Shown: positions 19,297 to 30,028, counted from the stretch's first letter. The stretch is DNA of 64,000 nucleotides from Desulfatiglandales bacterium (GCA_963662465.1 OY759599.1:3072001-3136000); one strand, 5' to 3'. The notes: generated by a model not told the origin, from the sequence alone. Program-made: numbers and translations.

Positions 19297-20385
19297 TTGG
19301 AATCGAATCTTCCTGGTTTGCCAAGAACATTTTCCCTGATGGAATTTATCCCAAAGGAAGCTTCTGAAGATCTGTGGAATGCCTATTTCACCCTTTCGGA
19401 AACAATTTTTCGTGAGTTTAAACAAAAAGGCCGTCTGCCTGATCGTGATGTAATGAGGCGGCTTTTCCTGTCTCCCAACCCCCTCTATTCAGTCAATAGA
19501 TGGATGGTGTTTGATAAAGCCAAAAAGGCTGCCGCCTTTGCTTCCATCTCATATGATACGGAAATATCCCCGGATTACGGCAGCAATCGGCATCTCTGCC
19601 GGATTCATATTTCGGTTGCTCCCGCCTATCGGAGAAGAAAGATTGCAACGGTCCTGCTGAAACACCTGGTGGAAACAGCGAAACTTCTTGAAAAAACAAC
19701 CCTTATGACGGAGGTGGATAACCCTCTGGGTTTGGAATTTCGGAAACAGCTTCGGGGCGAACTGGTCCATGAAGAAGTTCAATATAGACTGGACATGGAG
19801 GACGTGAACTGGCAGGTGGTGGACAAATGGCTTCAGAGAGGCAGAACGAAACACTGGGACACAAAAATGGAGTTTTTTAAAGAATGCCCTGAGAAGGATA
19901 TCGAAGAATTCAGCCGCGTCTACACGGAAATCATCAACCAGCGCCCCACCGGTGATATGGGAGAAGAACTCATTACAACGCCGGAATCCAGGAGGATTGA
20001 GGAGCGCAATTTAAAGAAAAGAGGCATTCAATGGTACACAATGATCAGCCGTGAGCATGATGGCGGAATCAGCGGACTGACGGACATCATGTACCATCCC
20101 GAAGAGCCCCATCGGATGAATCAGTATTTCACGGGCATTTTGGTAAAGTACCGTAAAAGGGGGCTCGCCAAACGCCTGAAAGCTGAAATGCTTGCAGTCA
20201 TCAAAAACAAGTTCCCGGCGGTGGAATACATTACCACCAGCACGGCCAGAAACAATCGGCCCATGCAGGCGATCAACAAGGAACTGGGTTTTCGCCCTAT
20301 CAAGACCTGTTTTATGTTCCAATGGACCCGGCGGGAGTTGAAGAAGCAAACCGATGGGATGCTCTCAAACAATGAATTGTCATAG
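19297..20385 (+). CDS. Tandem-domain GNAT acetyltransferase
   Basis: Two motif-A segments (VAPAYRRRKIA and KYRKRGLA) plus NRPMQAINKELGF. GAGGAG RBS. Confidence 0.85.
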   Translation: MESNLPGLPRTFSLMEFIPKEASEDLWNAYFTLSETIFREFKQKGRLPDRDVMRRLFLSPNPLYSVNRWMVFDKAKKAAAFASISYDTEISPDYGSNRHLCRIHISVAPAYRRRKIATVLLKHLVETAKLLEKTTLMTEVDNPLGLEFRKQLRGELVHEEVQYRLDMEDVNWQVVDKWLQRGRTKHWDTKMEFFKECPEKDIEEFSRVYTEIINQRPTGDMGEELITTPESRRIEERNLKKRGIQWYTMISREHDGGISGLTDIMYHPEEPHRMNQYFTGILVKYRKRGLAKRLKAEMLAVIKNKFPAVEYITTSTARNNRPMQAINKELGFRPIKTCFMFQWTRRELKKQTDGMLSNNELS

Positions 20386-21396
20386 ATCAAAAGTAGAAAA
20401 TGGGTTATCAAAAGGGTTGCCTCTTGTGATATGAAATTGGAGGCGCTCCAGGTCCATGATGATAGAGGTCACCGTCATGGAGGTGTCATCCGTAAGCCAC
20501 GGGTGAGAAAATCGTTTGCGACAGATGGGATGCTCTTCATCCGCGCGATCTCTCAAGATGTCCTTCATGGATTGTATGGAAGGATCATCGAGCATTTGCA
20601 ACAACTCCTTGGCGCGACGATACCGCCCCATGGTATTGGGAAATAGTTTGAGATCGTAATCCACTTTCGTCAGGAAATGGTTCGTGTGAGCAAAGAGGTC
20701 TTCCACCGGGATCGAAAAAACTTCATCGCCCCCGATTTCGATGTCTTCAACCCTTCCGGTCTGATCCGCGATCAGGATATTTCCGACTTTTCCCATCAGA
20801 TGGGGTTCAATCAGAGAGAGTGCCTCTTCCATGGTCTTGCTGTCAAGGATGGCCCTTAATATGACATGCAGCGGAATCCCGTATGGCCGGTACTCCTCGA
20901 TGCTCATGAAATTCAGACAAACACCGAGACCGCGGCGATTCATCCCGATTTTGCCGATCATCCCGGGTTCGGTCATGGTGATAATCCGATGGCCATCTTC
21001 CTTTTCAATATCGAGAATGACCGCCAGCTCCTCCACTTCCAGGTCCCAATCCCAATTCTGACCGATCAACTTCTCTTTCCTGAAAGCCAATGTGGTGCAT
21101 TCCATGGGGTTCAGATTTAAAAGCTCAGTGCGGCCATTTAAGGCATAAATCCATAGGGGTTCGGCTTCCGCCGCCTGGGCCATTGCTTCGATTTCAAGGT
21201 ACAGGTCCTCCCGGAAAGCCTTGGTGGCGTACCTGAATTCGTTGGCAATTCTTAGGATCTCCTCTTCAGGGATGAGGAATTGTTTTTTGTAAAATTCAAT
21301 CGTTTTGTGGATTCGCTCTTTTAACAGTTGTCCTTGCTGTCGGCCGAGATCTTCAGGCCCGCCCTGGATTTTAATGAGAGGAAAGTATCGGTCCAT
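20380..21396 (-). CDS. Peptidase C45 (AAT-type Ntn hydrolase/acyltransferase)
   Basis: LNGRTE..ECTT, GQNWDW, GKIGMN and HTNHF. Confidence 0.88.
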   Translation of the reverse strand: MDRYFPLIKIQGGPEDLGRQQGQLLKERIHKTIEFYKKQFLIPEEEILRIANEFRYATKAFREDLYLEIEAMAQAAEAEPLWIYALNGRTELLNLNPMECTTLAFRKEKLIGQNWDWDLEVEELAVILDIEKEDGHRIITMTEPGMIGKIGMNRRGLGVCLNFMSIEEYRPYGIPLHVILRAILDSKTMEEALSLIEPHLMGKVGNILIADQTGRVEDIEIGGDEVFSIPVEDLFAHTNHFLTKVDYDLKLFPNTMGRYRRAKELLQMLDDPSIQSMKDILRDRADEEHPICRKRFSHPWLTDDTSMTVTSIIMDLERLQFHITRGNPFDNPFSTFDL

Positions 21397-21771
21397 GGTT
21401 TTATGCTTTCTCGGAGTGTCAATTAATTTCGGCGCAGTTAGCAACGCCGGATGGCATATAAGGCTTTCAATGATATTAACATAATTTTTGGAAAGAAGCA
21501 TTGATTTTTCATAATATGCAGCAATTCTAAATTTGAATGGAGCCTAAACCGTTTTCTAGCTTATCCGCCGGTTTTAGATTGGGATATCCTCATTTTTTGA
21601 ATGCGGGCATTGGTATCAATCCGGGGAAATGAAGCATTATGGTCCGGCGAAAGAAAAAGAATATTGGCATTGGAATTAGGCACAGAAAAAGGCATAGTAC
21701 TCCCTGGGTGGTGTACTAATTTTTCGACGTATTGCACTGGGAAGGTTATTTTTAGCTTGTATCTGGGAGAT

Positions 21772-23097
21772 CTAGCTCGAGGCCCGGGCCATGAACGTCA
21801 GCATTGCCTCCCAGCTATTGAAGCAGACATACCGAGTTAAAGCTCGAATGTCTTGGAAGAAGGTTTTTCGAGTTGGCAAATCTTCTCGAATCCGCCTATA
21901 AACGTCGTCAAACATTTCCAACGCAGTATGGAAGAGAAAAGCCAGAAGATTTAACGTCAATAATAAATTTGATAGATGTTTTTTGCCATGGCCAAAATTG
22001 TGTTCAAGATGATAACATTTTGTTTTTAATACGTTGTTGTTTTCATTTTCAATTTGCCAGCGCGCCCGACCATCGGCGACGATTTGTTTCACATTGTCTT
22101 TGGATATGGTGAAATCGGTTGTAAACGCGTTTTTATATAAGCGCTTACCCGCAGCGGAAGTAATGGTCAGTTCACACCAGTTAACTTCCAAAGCCTTTTT
22201 GCCATCACGCAAAGGGACCTTATTTACGAAACGGTATGTATGTATATGATGAGTATTACCTCTCCGTATCTTTTCCACGACCGTTTTGACGGCATTCATT
22301 GCTTGGAGCTCTTCGACCCATTCATAGAGTATTTTGTGCGAGTTAGGTTTGCAAACGAGGATGAAGTGGAGGCCCTTATCCAATATCAACGTGCATATGG
22401 GTTGCCGACAATACAGATCGTCGCCCAAAATGATAATACCAAGGTCTTTGTATAATGGTGCATACTGCTTTATCCAACGTTTCGCGGCAACATTTTCACA
22501 GTCCTGTTTTTGGTATCCATCCTGAGGCGTTACAAACTCGGGGGGCAATGAAATAACCTTTTTCTGACCTGGAGCGACAAGTACGGGTGTAATTGCCGAG
22601 TGAAAATAGGTTATGGTTCCGTTTTTATGTTCTTTGCTGCTGCAATTTTTGCAATGGATCTTGTCGGAAGAAAAGGAATAAGTTCCATCCAGTGCGCACA
22701 ACAAATTGTTGCCGTAAGAACGAAATGTATTTAGTTGTTTTGATTCCTTTATTCCATCAAATACATAATGGAACATCGGATATGCTTCGGAGGGTGGAAC
22801 TTCATCCATCAAATTTCGAATGTGGTTATCAGAAGGAATTTCATCCATGTTAAACAGGGTTTGGGCATTGCTTATTCCTTTATTTTTCTGCATATCGCTT
22901 TGAAATGCCAGGAAAGAAGGGCTTTGAGTAAAAAAAATAGAAAATGCACCCAAGGCTGCGTCCTCAATGCTGTAGTGGCAGTTGGACCCTGTTCGTATAT
23001 AATGTATTATATGATTCAGATATGAAACAGTCAGAACACCTGGTATACGGCATTCCACCACGATTTCTAGTAGCTCTGAAAGCGGCGCCACAAACAC
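21772..23097 (-). CDS. ISNCY-family DDE transposase, N-terminus probably disrupted
   Basis: FFTQSPSFL, ALDGT, KQDCE, GDDLY, WQIENE and YHLEHNFGHG. No convincing start or RBS. Confidence 0.75.
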   Translation of the reverse strand: MFVAPLSELLEIVVECRIPGVLTVSYLNHIIHYIRTGSNCHYSIEDAALGAFSIFFTQSPSFLAFQSDMQKNKGISNAQTLFNMDEIPSDNHIRNLMDEVPPSEAYPMFHYVFDGIKESKQLNTFRSYGNNLLCALDGTYSFSSDKIHCKNCSSKEHKNGTITYFHSAITPVLVAPGQKKVISLPPEFVTPQDGYQKQDCENVAAKRWIKQYAPLYKDLGIIILGDDLYCRQPICTLILDKGLHFILVCKPNSHKILYEWVEELQAMNAVKTVVEKIRRGNTHHIHTYRFVNKVPLRDGKKALEVNWCELTITSAAGKRLYKNAFTTDFTISKDNVKQIVADGRARWQIENENNNVLKTKCYHLEHNFGHGKKHLSNLLLTLNLLAFLFHTALEMFDDVYRRIREDLPTRKTFFQDIRALTRYVCFNSWEAMLTFMARASS

Positions 23098-23129
23098 ATC
23101 TCGTTACACATCCAGTTTTATGTCGCGTC

Positions 23130-23220
23130 GTAGGGGCAATCCCCCCGCGGTTGCCCTGCTTGTCCTTTCTTTCGGTGCTTAGACAGCATCAGCAGGGCAG
23201 GCGCAGGGGCCTGCCCCTAC
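23130..23220. repeat. REPIN-like inverted pair of GTAG REPs
   Basis: GTAGGGGCAATC..GGTTGCCC and GGGCAGGC..GCCTGCCCCTAC. Confidence 0.75.
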
Positions 23221-23472
23221 AATAACATCCAGCGCCTAATGTTTTTCCCCTTATCCCCGGGCAGAATATGGGAATAAGGGGAATGCGACGTCCGTGAATG
23301 GCAACGAAAAAAACAAACCGCAGCCTATCTCAAAAACCATAATTAGAATTGCTGAGGCGCTGAGGGAGTCCTTGACAGATACGCCCTTTTTCCCTACATT
23401 ACTTCTTGTGCCGGACTGCGTTTCACCTGACAGTAAGAACGGATACCCTTATTGCAATAGAGACGGTTGATC

Positions 23473-24438
23473 ATGACAACCCCTTCCCAGGAAACTCTCA
23501 AACGAATGGTTTCCCGCTGGCTGCCTCCCCATCAGGCGCCCCAACGTTTTATAATCCATACGGATACAACCAACTTTGTCAGGGTGGAATATGACGATGT
23601 GGTAATCCTGGACGGGCGGCCCTATCTCATTCGCCATAATGCCAAGGAACAACGATTCGGGCTTGAAGATGAAGTCAAGTTCTGGGTCAAGCGGGCGATT
23701 GATCTGGAAGACGGCAGTCTGAAGATCATGAAACTTGTGTTTTACGAGAAGTTCATGTCCCGTATCGGGGATGTTGAATTTGAGCGTTTTCGAAGCCCTC
23801 AAAAGGAGGCCCGGATCCTCGATCTGGTCTCCGGTCACAAAAACTTCATGCACGGATATTCGATCCGGGATGAAAAGGGCAATCTCATCCGCATACTGGA
23901 TTTTATTAAAGGGAAAACCCTGGCCGCCCATGTGGAAAACATGGCTATGGATCATGAGGCCTATTACCATGAGCGCTTTCCTGGAATCCTGGACCATTTT
24001 TTTGAATGCGTGCAGGCCATCCATTTCCTGCATGAAAATGGCGAACGACACGGAGACCTTCGGCGGGATCATATCCTGATCGACCGGGAAACAGGTGATC
24101 ACCGCTGGATCGATTTTGACTTCAATTATCGGCACAGGGAAAACATATACGGCTTTGATCTGTTTGGTCTGGGCAATATCCTGGTGTTCTTAGCCGGCAT
24201 GGGAGATGTTCTCCCGCGGGATCTCAAACGGAAAAAACATCCGTCTCTCAGCGCACTGAGCGATACGGACCTGAATATCGTTTTCAACAATCGGGTCGTG
24301 AATCTCAAAAAGATTTACCCATACATACCCGAATCCCTTAACCGTATCCTTATGCATTTTTCAAAAGGCGCCAATTGGTTTTATGAGAACACGGTACAAC
24401 TTCTGGACGATCTGGAAGAGGTTAAAAACGATCATTAA
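23473..24438 (+). CDS. Atypical Ser/Thr protein kinase-like protein
   Basis: KIMK, HGDLRRDH, WIDFD and DLFGLG motifs. Confidence 0.75.
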   Translation: MTTPSQETLKRMVSRWLPPHQAPQRFIIHTDTTNFVRVEYDDVVILDGRPYLIRHNAKEQRFGLEDEVKFWVKRAIDLEDGSLKIMKLVFYEKFMSRIGDVEFERFRSPQKEARILDLVSGHKNFMHGYSIRDEKGNLIRILDFIKGKTLAAHVENMAMDHEAYYHERFPGILDHFFECVQAIHFLHENGERHGDLRRDHILIDRETGDHRWIDFDFNYRHRENIYGFDLFGLGNILVFLAGMGDVLPRDLKRKKHPSLSALSDTDLNIVFNNRVVNLKKIYPYIPESLNRILMHFSKGANWFYENTVQLLDDLEEVKNDH

Positions 24439-24519
24439 TTTTATACCGTATCCCTTACATGACTTTTTGTTCCGCCACAAACCTTGGCCACGGAAATTTG
24501 GCCGCTAAGGAGAAAAAAC

Positions 24520-24990
24520 ATGACCGAGGAAAAAAAGGTTTTTAATAAAAATGTCCTGATCGCAGCAGATGAGTCAGACAATGCCCGTCGGGCAGTCTCC
24601 TATGTCGGGCAACTTTTGGGGGGTCTGCCCGGCTTTAAGGTCACGATTCTGCACGTGGTTCCTGAACCGGAGGCAGATTATTTTCCGACATCTACTCAGA
24701 AAGAAGAATGGCTCACGCAATACATCCTGAGAATGGATGCGTTGTTGGAGGACTACCGCCAGATCTTGATCCAGAAAGGATTTGACCCCAAAAATGTCGC
24801 CGTCCGGTCAAAGCTTCGCTACTGTCCGTCCATGGCGGCATGCATCCTGTCGGAAAGGAATGAAATTGGATACAGCACCATTGTGATCGGAAGGCAGGGG
24901 CTTTCACGGAGTGAGGAGTTTCTCTTCGGCAGCATATCGAGCAAGGTTGTCAACCATGCACGCAACTGCACGGTCTGGGTGGTGGAATAG
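24520..24990 (+). CDS. Universal stress protein
   Basis: LIAADES and IVIGRQG..LFGSISSKVV. AGGAG RBS. Confidence 0.9.
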   Translation: MTEEKKVFNKNVLIAADESDNARRAVSYVGQLLGGLPGFKVTILHVVPEPEADYFPTSTQKEEWLTQYILRMDALLEDYRQILIQKGFDPKNVAVRSKLRYCPSMAACILSERNEIGYSTIVIGRQGLSRSEEFLFGSISSKVVNHARNCTVWVVE

Positions 24991-25180
24991 CCGGCTGGAA
25001 GGGAGACATAAAAAGAATTTTTAAAAGCAAGCCAAATTTTAGCACTTTAAATGTTGCATAAAGGGACAATCACCGCTGGTTGAAATTAATATTTGGCGCC
25101 AAGAAACATTATGGATTAAGAGCCTGTTAAGCTACAGGGTAAACGCCACATACATCTTATTATGAAAGGCGGTTGTCCCA

Positions 25181-27964
25181 ATGAATGCCAATGCCTGCGA
25201 AACCGGCGAGTTTTTCCGAAAGCAGACCTGCCCCGTTACGGGTCTGTCCGTCTTGCATCGACCCGAATGGGCCTACGCCAATCCCAACTCCGATTACCAA
25301 ATGAAAATCAGTATCCTGGGGGCATGTGTGGTTCTGAGTCAGCCCTCGGGTTATGCAACTCTCGAGGACGTCAAGGCTGCCATGGAAATCATCGAGCGAG
25401 CCGTGACGGAAGGGATCCCCGCAGAAAGCCCCTACATTCAGATAGAGGACTACACTCGGCTGAAAGGGGTCTCTTTTGCGGGCCGGAAATTCTTTATCGA
25501 TTCCCGGAAATCGAATCCGCGGATTTCCGCGATTCTGTTCTGCGGGGTGTCGCCGCTGCTCAAAATGAGCGTAAGGCTTGCCAAATATATCAATCCCACT
25601 AAATTCCCGGTTTTGATTACAGGAGATTGCGCCGAGGGTCTCAAGAAAGCCCGAGAAATACTTCAGGATATGCCGCTCCATGAGGGAAATGGGGATGCCG
25701 CCGACATACAGGGCTCCGAATTGACGACGGTCCCGTTGGAATTAAATGCCAAACCTGAATGGCATCTTCGGTTGGAGGGGTTTTCCGTACAATACGGGGT
25801 CATTAACGGCAGGGTCATTCATGGGGTTTCAAAGGGCTTCCTGGAGGAACATCACATTCAACCCACCATTCGGATGATGGAGACCGTATATGCCGCCATG
25901 GGCTCTCCACAGGGTTCCTGCTACTGCCTCAACGGGGTGTCGGACGTCAGCGGCAGTACGCGCAAAGCCAGACAACTTTATTACAACACCATGAGAGAAT
26001 GGTTTTTGGCTCATCCCGGATTTCGTATGTACATATTCTACGGCGCAGGCAGGTTGCTTACGGCAGCCATCCGAATGACCAGCACCTTTGTCTCCTTTTC
26101 GGTTCACACCGCAAAGGACCTCGAAAGCGGGCTTCGAATAATCGACCATGACCGGCGGACAAAGGCGAAGACCCGACCGGCGCCCCTGGAGCAGAAGGCA
26201 AAGACGGATGGGAAGATTCCTTTTTCAGCCTATGTAAACGAATTGTTACAATATCTGGGATCCGTGGATTGGGAGGCAAAAGAAAACGCCTCCGGCAAGC
26301 CCGCCGACCCTTTCCATCCCTTTCTTCCGGTATTTGATGGCATAGACCTCATCAAGAGCGATCTGGATGCCGTACTTATGGAACGAAACCAGGTTGAACG
26401 ATCCCTGGTCCGGGAAAAACAGCTCAGCGAATCCATTATCGATCATATCCCCGCGGGCGTTGCCTTTCTGGATAATGATTTCATTCTCCGTAAATACAAC
26501 TCTTCCTATGCCCGGTTCATTAAGGCCTATTCCCCCTATTCGCCGGAGGCGTGTTTGGGAATGTCCTGTTCCGAATACCTGCCCGGATCTTGGGAGCAGG
26601 TGGAGGAATGGTACAAATCCGTCCGGGATACGGGCATGCCGGAGCGCCGCCACAATTTCACGCTAACCTTTAAAAAAGGGGGGGAACAGGTGGATACCTT
26701 CTGGGACAGATCCATTGTTCCCGTCCGGAATGCCTCCGGAAAGGTGGAGGGGATTCTGATTTTGACAACGGATGTTACCGAACAAAAAGCAGCTGAGGAA
26801 AATGCCGAGAAACTGAAAGATCAACTGAGACAGGCCCAGAAGATGGAAAGCATCGGGACCCTGGCGGGCGGCATCGCCCACGATTTTAACAATATCCTTT
26901 CCGCTATTCTCGGATATACAGAGATCTCACTAATGGGCCTCGCCGCGGATTCCCGGTTGAAGGCGAATCTTGAAAAGATTTTTCAGGCGGGAGAACGGGC
27001 AAGAGACCTGGTGCGGCAAATCCTCGCCTTCAGCCGACAGGGCAATCCGGAAATGGCGCCATTTCAGCTAGAGCAAGTCGTCAAGGAGGCACTCCAGTTG
27101 ATCAGGGCCTCCCTTCCCACAACCATTGATATCCGGTTTCTAGGCGGAAGCGCTGCCGTGGTGATGGGGGATTCCACCCAGATTCATCAGGTACTCATGA
27201 ACCTCTGCACCAATGCGGGTCACGCCATGAAGGATGGTAAAGGCATTCTGACGGTGGAAATCGCCGATGTAGCGGTGTTGCGCAACGAATTCGACGGTGA
27301 GCAACGGAATATGTTACCCGGCGATTATGTGCGGATCAAGGTCGGGGATACGGGACAAGGGATGACGCAGGATGTGATGGAACGGATTTTCGACCCATAT
27401 TTCACCACCAAGAGGAAAGGACACGGCACGGGGATGGGGCTGGCCGTAACCCACGGAATCGTCAAAAGCCACGGCGCGACCATCACCGTTGAAAGCGAAC
27501 TTGGAAAGGGTTCCATCTTTACTATTTTCCTCCCGACGGTGGAAAAAAGAACAGGGCCTGCGTCAGAGTTCCATGCGCCCGCAGCCAAAGGCAACGAGCG
27601 AATTTTATTGGTTGATGACGAGATGAGCCTGGCGGATATGGGGAAGCAGATGCTGGAAAATCTCGGTTATCGCGTGGAGGCCAGGACATCCAGCGTGGAG
27701 GCCCTTGCGCTTTTCAAAATGGATCCGGACAGGTTTAACGTCGTGATTACCGACATGACCATGCCCAACATGACAGGCGTCGAGCTGTCCCAACGGATCA
27801 TGGAAATCCGTCCGAACATCCCGATCATTCTCAGTACCGGTTTCAGTGAACTGATCACGGAGACCCAGGCCAAAGCCCTTGGCATAAACGCCTTCATCTC
27901 CAAGCCTATTCTCAAGGCGGATCTGGCCCGGACTGTGCGGGATGTTCTGGAAACCCTTCGGTAA
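25181..27964 (+). CDS. Hybrid sensor kinase (two N-terminal repeat domains, PAS, HisKA, HATPase, REC)
   Basis: AGGIAHDFNN, MNLCTNA, GTGMGL, LLVDDE and ITDMTMP. Confidence 0.9.
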   Translation: MNANACETGEFFRKQTCPVTGLSVLHRPEWAYANPNSDYQMKISILGACVVLSQPSGYATLEDVKAAMEIIERAVTEGIPAESPYIQIEDYTRLKGVSFAGRKFFIDSRKSNPRISAILFCGVSPLLKMSVRLAKYINPTKFPVLITGDCAEGLKKAREILQDMPLHEGNGDAADIQGSELTTVPLELNAKPEWHLRLEGFSVQYGVINGRVIHGVSKGFLEEHHIQPTIRMMETVYAAMGSPQGSCYCLNGVSDVSGSTRKARQLYYNTMREWFLAHPGFRMYIFYGAGRLLTAAIRMTSTFVSFSVHTAKDLESGLRIIDHDRRTKAKTRPAPLEQKAKTDGKIPFSAYVNELLQYLGSVDWEAKENASGKPADPFHPFLPVFDGIDLIKSDLDAVLMERNQVERSLVREKQLSESIIDHIPAGVAFLDNDFILRKYNSSYARFIKAYSPYSPEACLGMSCSEYLPGSWEQVEEWYKSVRDTGMPERRHNFTLTFKKGGEQVDTFWDRSIVPVRNASGKVEGILILTTDVTEQKAAEENAEKLKDQLRQAQKMESIGTLAGGIAHDFNNILSAILGYTEISLMGLAADSRLKANLEKIFQAGERARDLVRQILAFSRQGNPEMAPFQLEQVVKEALQLIRASLPTTIDIRFLGGSAAVVMGDSTQIHQVLMNLCTNAGHAMKDGKGILTVEIADVAVLRNEFDGEQRNMLPGDYVRIKVGDTGQGMTQDVMERIFDPYFTTKRKGHGTGMGLAVTHGIVKSHGATITVESELGKGSIFTIFLPTVEKRTGPASEFHAPAAKGNERILLVDDEMSLADMGKQMLENLGYRVEARTSSVEALALFKMDPDRFNVVITDMTMPNMTGVELSQRIMEIRPNIPIILSTGFSELITETQAKALGINAFISKPILKADLARTVRDVLETLR

Positions 27965-27968
27965 ACGA

Positions 27969-29291
27969 TCATTCATCAAAAAAATACCTGACCCGCAGTT
28001 CAACCTTATAATCATTCTGCTTTTCCCCGAATTCAGAATCATTGCCGCCTGCCAGAACACCGCCGCGCAATCTTAATTGCAGATTGGTTATGGGTTCGTA
28101 CAAAAGCTCCGGGGTAATGGACAAACTTCGATCGTTTAAATTGATTATCGAAAAAACCGCCGGGGTAAAGTAAAGGATATCGAAGGGTTCATTCCAACCG
28201 ACTCGAAAATAGAGGTAGTCGCGCATGGGTTTGAAGGCGCCTATGGATCCCTGGGATAACCGTGCCGCCTTATCAAGCCCGAAACTGTTTCCGGTGGAAA
28301 TATAGGCGTCGTATGCCCCATCAACAAACCTGTAAAAATGATCAGCGTCGTTCTCGTCAAGACCTGCGCCATTATGGTAGTATTCAGCGATGAGCGTCAT
28401 ATTGTTGGTGGTAAGATATCGAATGCCTAAGAGATATTTTATGATATCCGATTTTTCGGTGAGGAGAGTTCCCTCGCTGTCTATGGATTTCTTATCAAAC
28501 CCGGGGAGCCATGCAAATTCCCCGTGAACCGCAACGTTCGATGTTATATTCCTGGCAAAATCAAGGCCGTAACGGGTGGTTCTGCTCTTTCCGGTAAAAA
28601 AAAGCAAGTCGATATCGGTGTCCCATAGCAGGCCGTAAAGTTTGGCGGCAAAATTGATGTGGTCCGGTTCACCAAACGGGTCGTTTATGGATTTTGCGAC
28701 CGGCAGGATTACCGGCGTGAACGCCAGGGTTTTTAAGGGACCGCCAAAGCTCTTGATCCAGTCGGCAACGGCAAGATAGTACCCCTCTACCGGCTCGGTA
28801 GGGTCATCAGGGTCTTTGGAGCGTGAAACAAAATTCACGGTATTGAAAGCATACCCCTTCCCCCATAACAGGACCTTTTTACCGGCCTCAAGGGCGAAAC
28901 CGGGGTTCGGTTTTAAGGCAAAATAACCTTCGAGAAGCGTAATGTCCCCGTCCCATCCCTCATAGCCGTACCAAAGGCTGCTGTCGGCTCTAAAAAAAAG
29001 ACCTGCAATGCCCCTGTGACAGCTTCCCTCGAGGCGAAGACGAGAATTGTATTGTTCCAGGGTTGATCCCTCGTCTTTATCATAGAATTTAATCTTGTAA
29101 AACGCAGAATCGCGGTCGAGGCCGAAAAGAACAGGTTTGAGCTCAAAAAATCCCCCGAAATTGTAGGGTTTTTTCTCAATTTCATTTTCGATTTCCGACA
29201 AATCAAACGTGTATTCATCCTCTGAAAGGGCCGGAAAAGGAAAAAACCAGACCCATAATGCAACGCCTGCGAAGATCAGAATTTCCTTCAT
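27969..29291 (-). CDS. Putative outer-membrane beta-barrel protein
   Basis: Signal peptide, amphipathic strands and a C-terminal VRYFF. Lies in the ABC operon. Confidence 0.7.
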   Translation of the reverse strand: MKEILIFAGVALWVWFFPFPALSEDEYTFDLSEIENEIEKKPYNFGGFFELKPVLFGLDRDSAFYKIKFYDKDEGSTLEQYNSRLRLEGSCHRGIAGLFFRADSSLWYGYEGWDGDITLLEGYFALKPNPGFALEAGKKVLLWGKGYAFNTVNFVSRSKDPDDPTEPVEGYYLAVADWIKSFGGPLKTLAFTPVILPVAKSINDPFGEPDHINFAAKLYGLLWDTDIDLLFFTGKSRTTRYGLDFARNITSNVAVHGEFAWLPGFDKKSIDSEGTLLTEKSDIIKYLLGIRYLTTNNMTLIAEYYHNGAGLDENDADHFYRFVDGAYDAYISTGNSFGLDKAARLSQGSIGAFKPMRDYLYFRVGWNEPFDILYFTPAVFSIINLNDRSLSITPELLYEPITNLQLRLRGGVLAGGNDSEFGEKQNDYKVELRVRYFFDE

Positions 29292-30016
29292 CTAAGGCTC
29301 TTGATTCCGGGGAGAAAGTTAAGCGTGAAGGCCTCATCCGGGAGATCCCGCGCTTTGATTTTGGCGAAGATCATGATGGACCTGTAGCCCTTGTAGAGAG
29401 GGCTGTCTGTTTCTATGACGGATGGTCTGACAATGCCCTCTCCAAAGTCTCTTACCTTTTTTAAATAGAGGGTCTTAATGAGCATATCGGCCTCCGTAAG
29501 GCACTCAACCTTGGTTGGCAGCAAATTCCCCTTGTCAACCCACATTTTCAGTTTGTCATAGGCAATGGCTTTTGTTTTGGCCTTAAGGTGCAATAAATAT
29601 TTATCCCCGCTCTCTTCTACCTGACTCACCCGGTATTCAGCGGCATAATCGAGCCGCAATATGTCAGAGTTGTTGAACACGCCTCCCACAACCGACTGGA
29701 TGCTTGTTATCCTGATCGGTTTTCCCACATTGGGAATATAGAGCCACATGTTCTCTCCAAGTCTTAAGGTGCTTCTCCCCTTTTCGCTCGCGGGTGAAAG
29801 AAATAGCGATGCAACCCTGTCATCTCCTTTCTTCACGGTAAAAAGGATAAACTCCCTTTTCCTCCCATCAGGTTCCATATTGATGAGTTTTCGATATGAT
29901 TCATACGCCTCAGGATTGAGATTTCGGTCTATCTTTTTTAGAAGTTGGTCCCCGTCTATCGCGTAAACAGGCGCCGCCAACAAAATTGCAATGCTGATAA
30001 GGACAATTCTTTTCAT
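29288..30016 (-). CDS. Outer-membrane lipoprotein-sorting (LolA-like) protein
   Basis: Signal peptide, FLSPASEKG..L..MWLYIP motif and operon context. Confidence 0.8.
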   Translation of the reverse strand: MKRIVLISIAILLAAPVYAIDGDQLLKKIDRNLNPEAYESYRKLINMEPDGRKREFILFTVKKGDDRVASLFLSPASEKGRSTLRLGENMWLYIPNVGKPIRITSIQSVVGGVFNNSDILRLDYAAEYRVSQVEESGDKYLLHLKAKTKAIAYDKLKMWVDKGNLLPTKVECLTEADMLIKTLYLKKVRDFGEGIVRPSVIETDSPLYKGYRSIMIFAKIKARDLPDEAFTLNFLPGIKSLR

Positions 30017-30028
30017 ATGAAATTTCTC

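Larger units (their letters stand above)
21519..23354 (-). mobile_element. ISNCY-type insertion sequence, probably damaged
   Basis: Perfect 12-bp terminal inverted repeats CAGCAATTCTAA / TTAGAATTGCTG around a DDE transposase. No target duplication seen. Confidence 0.75.
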
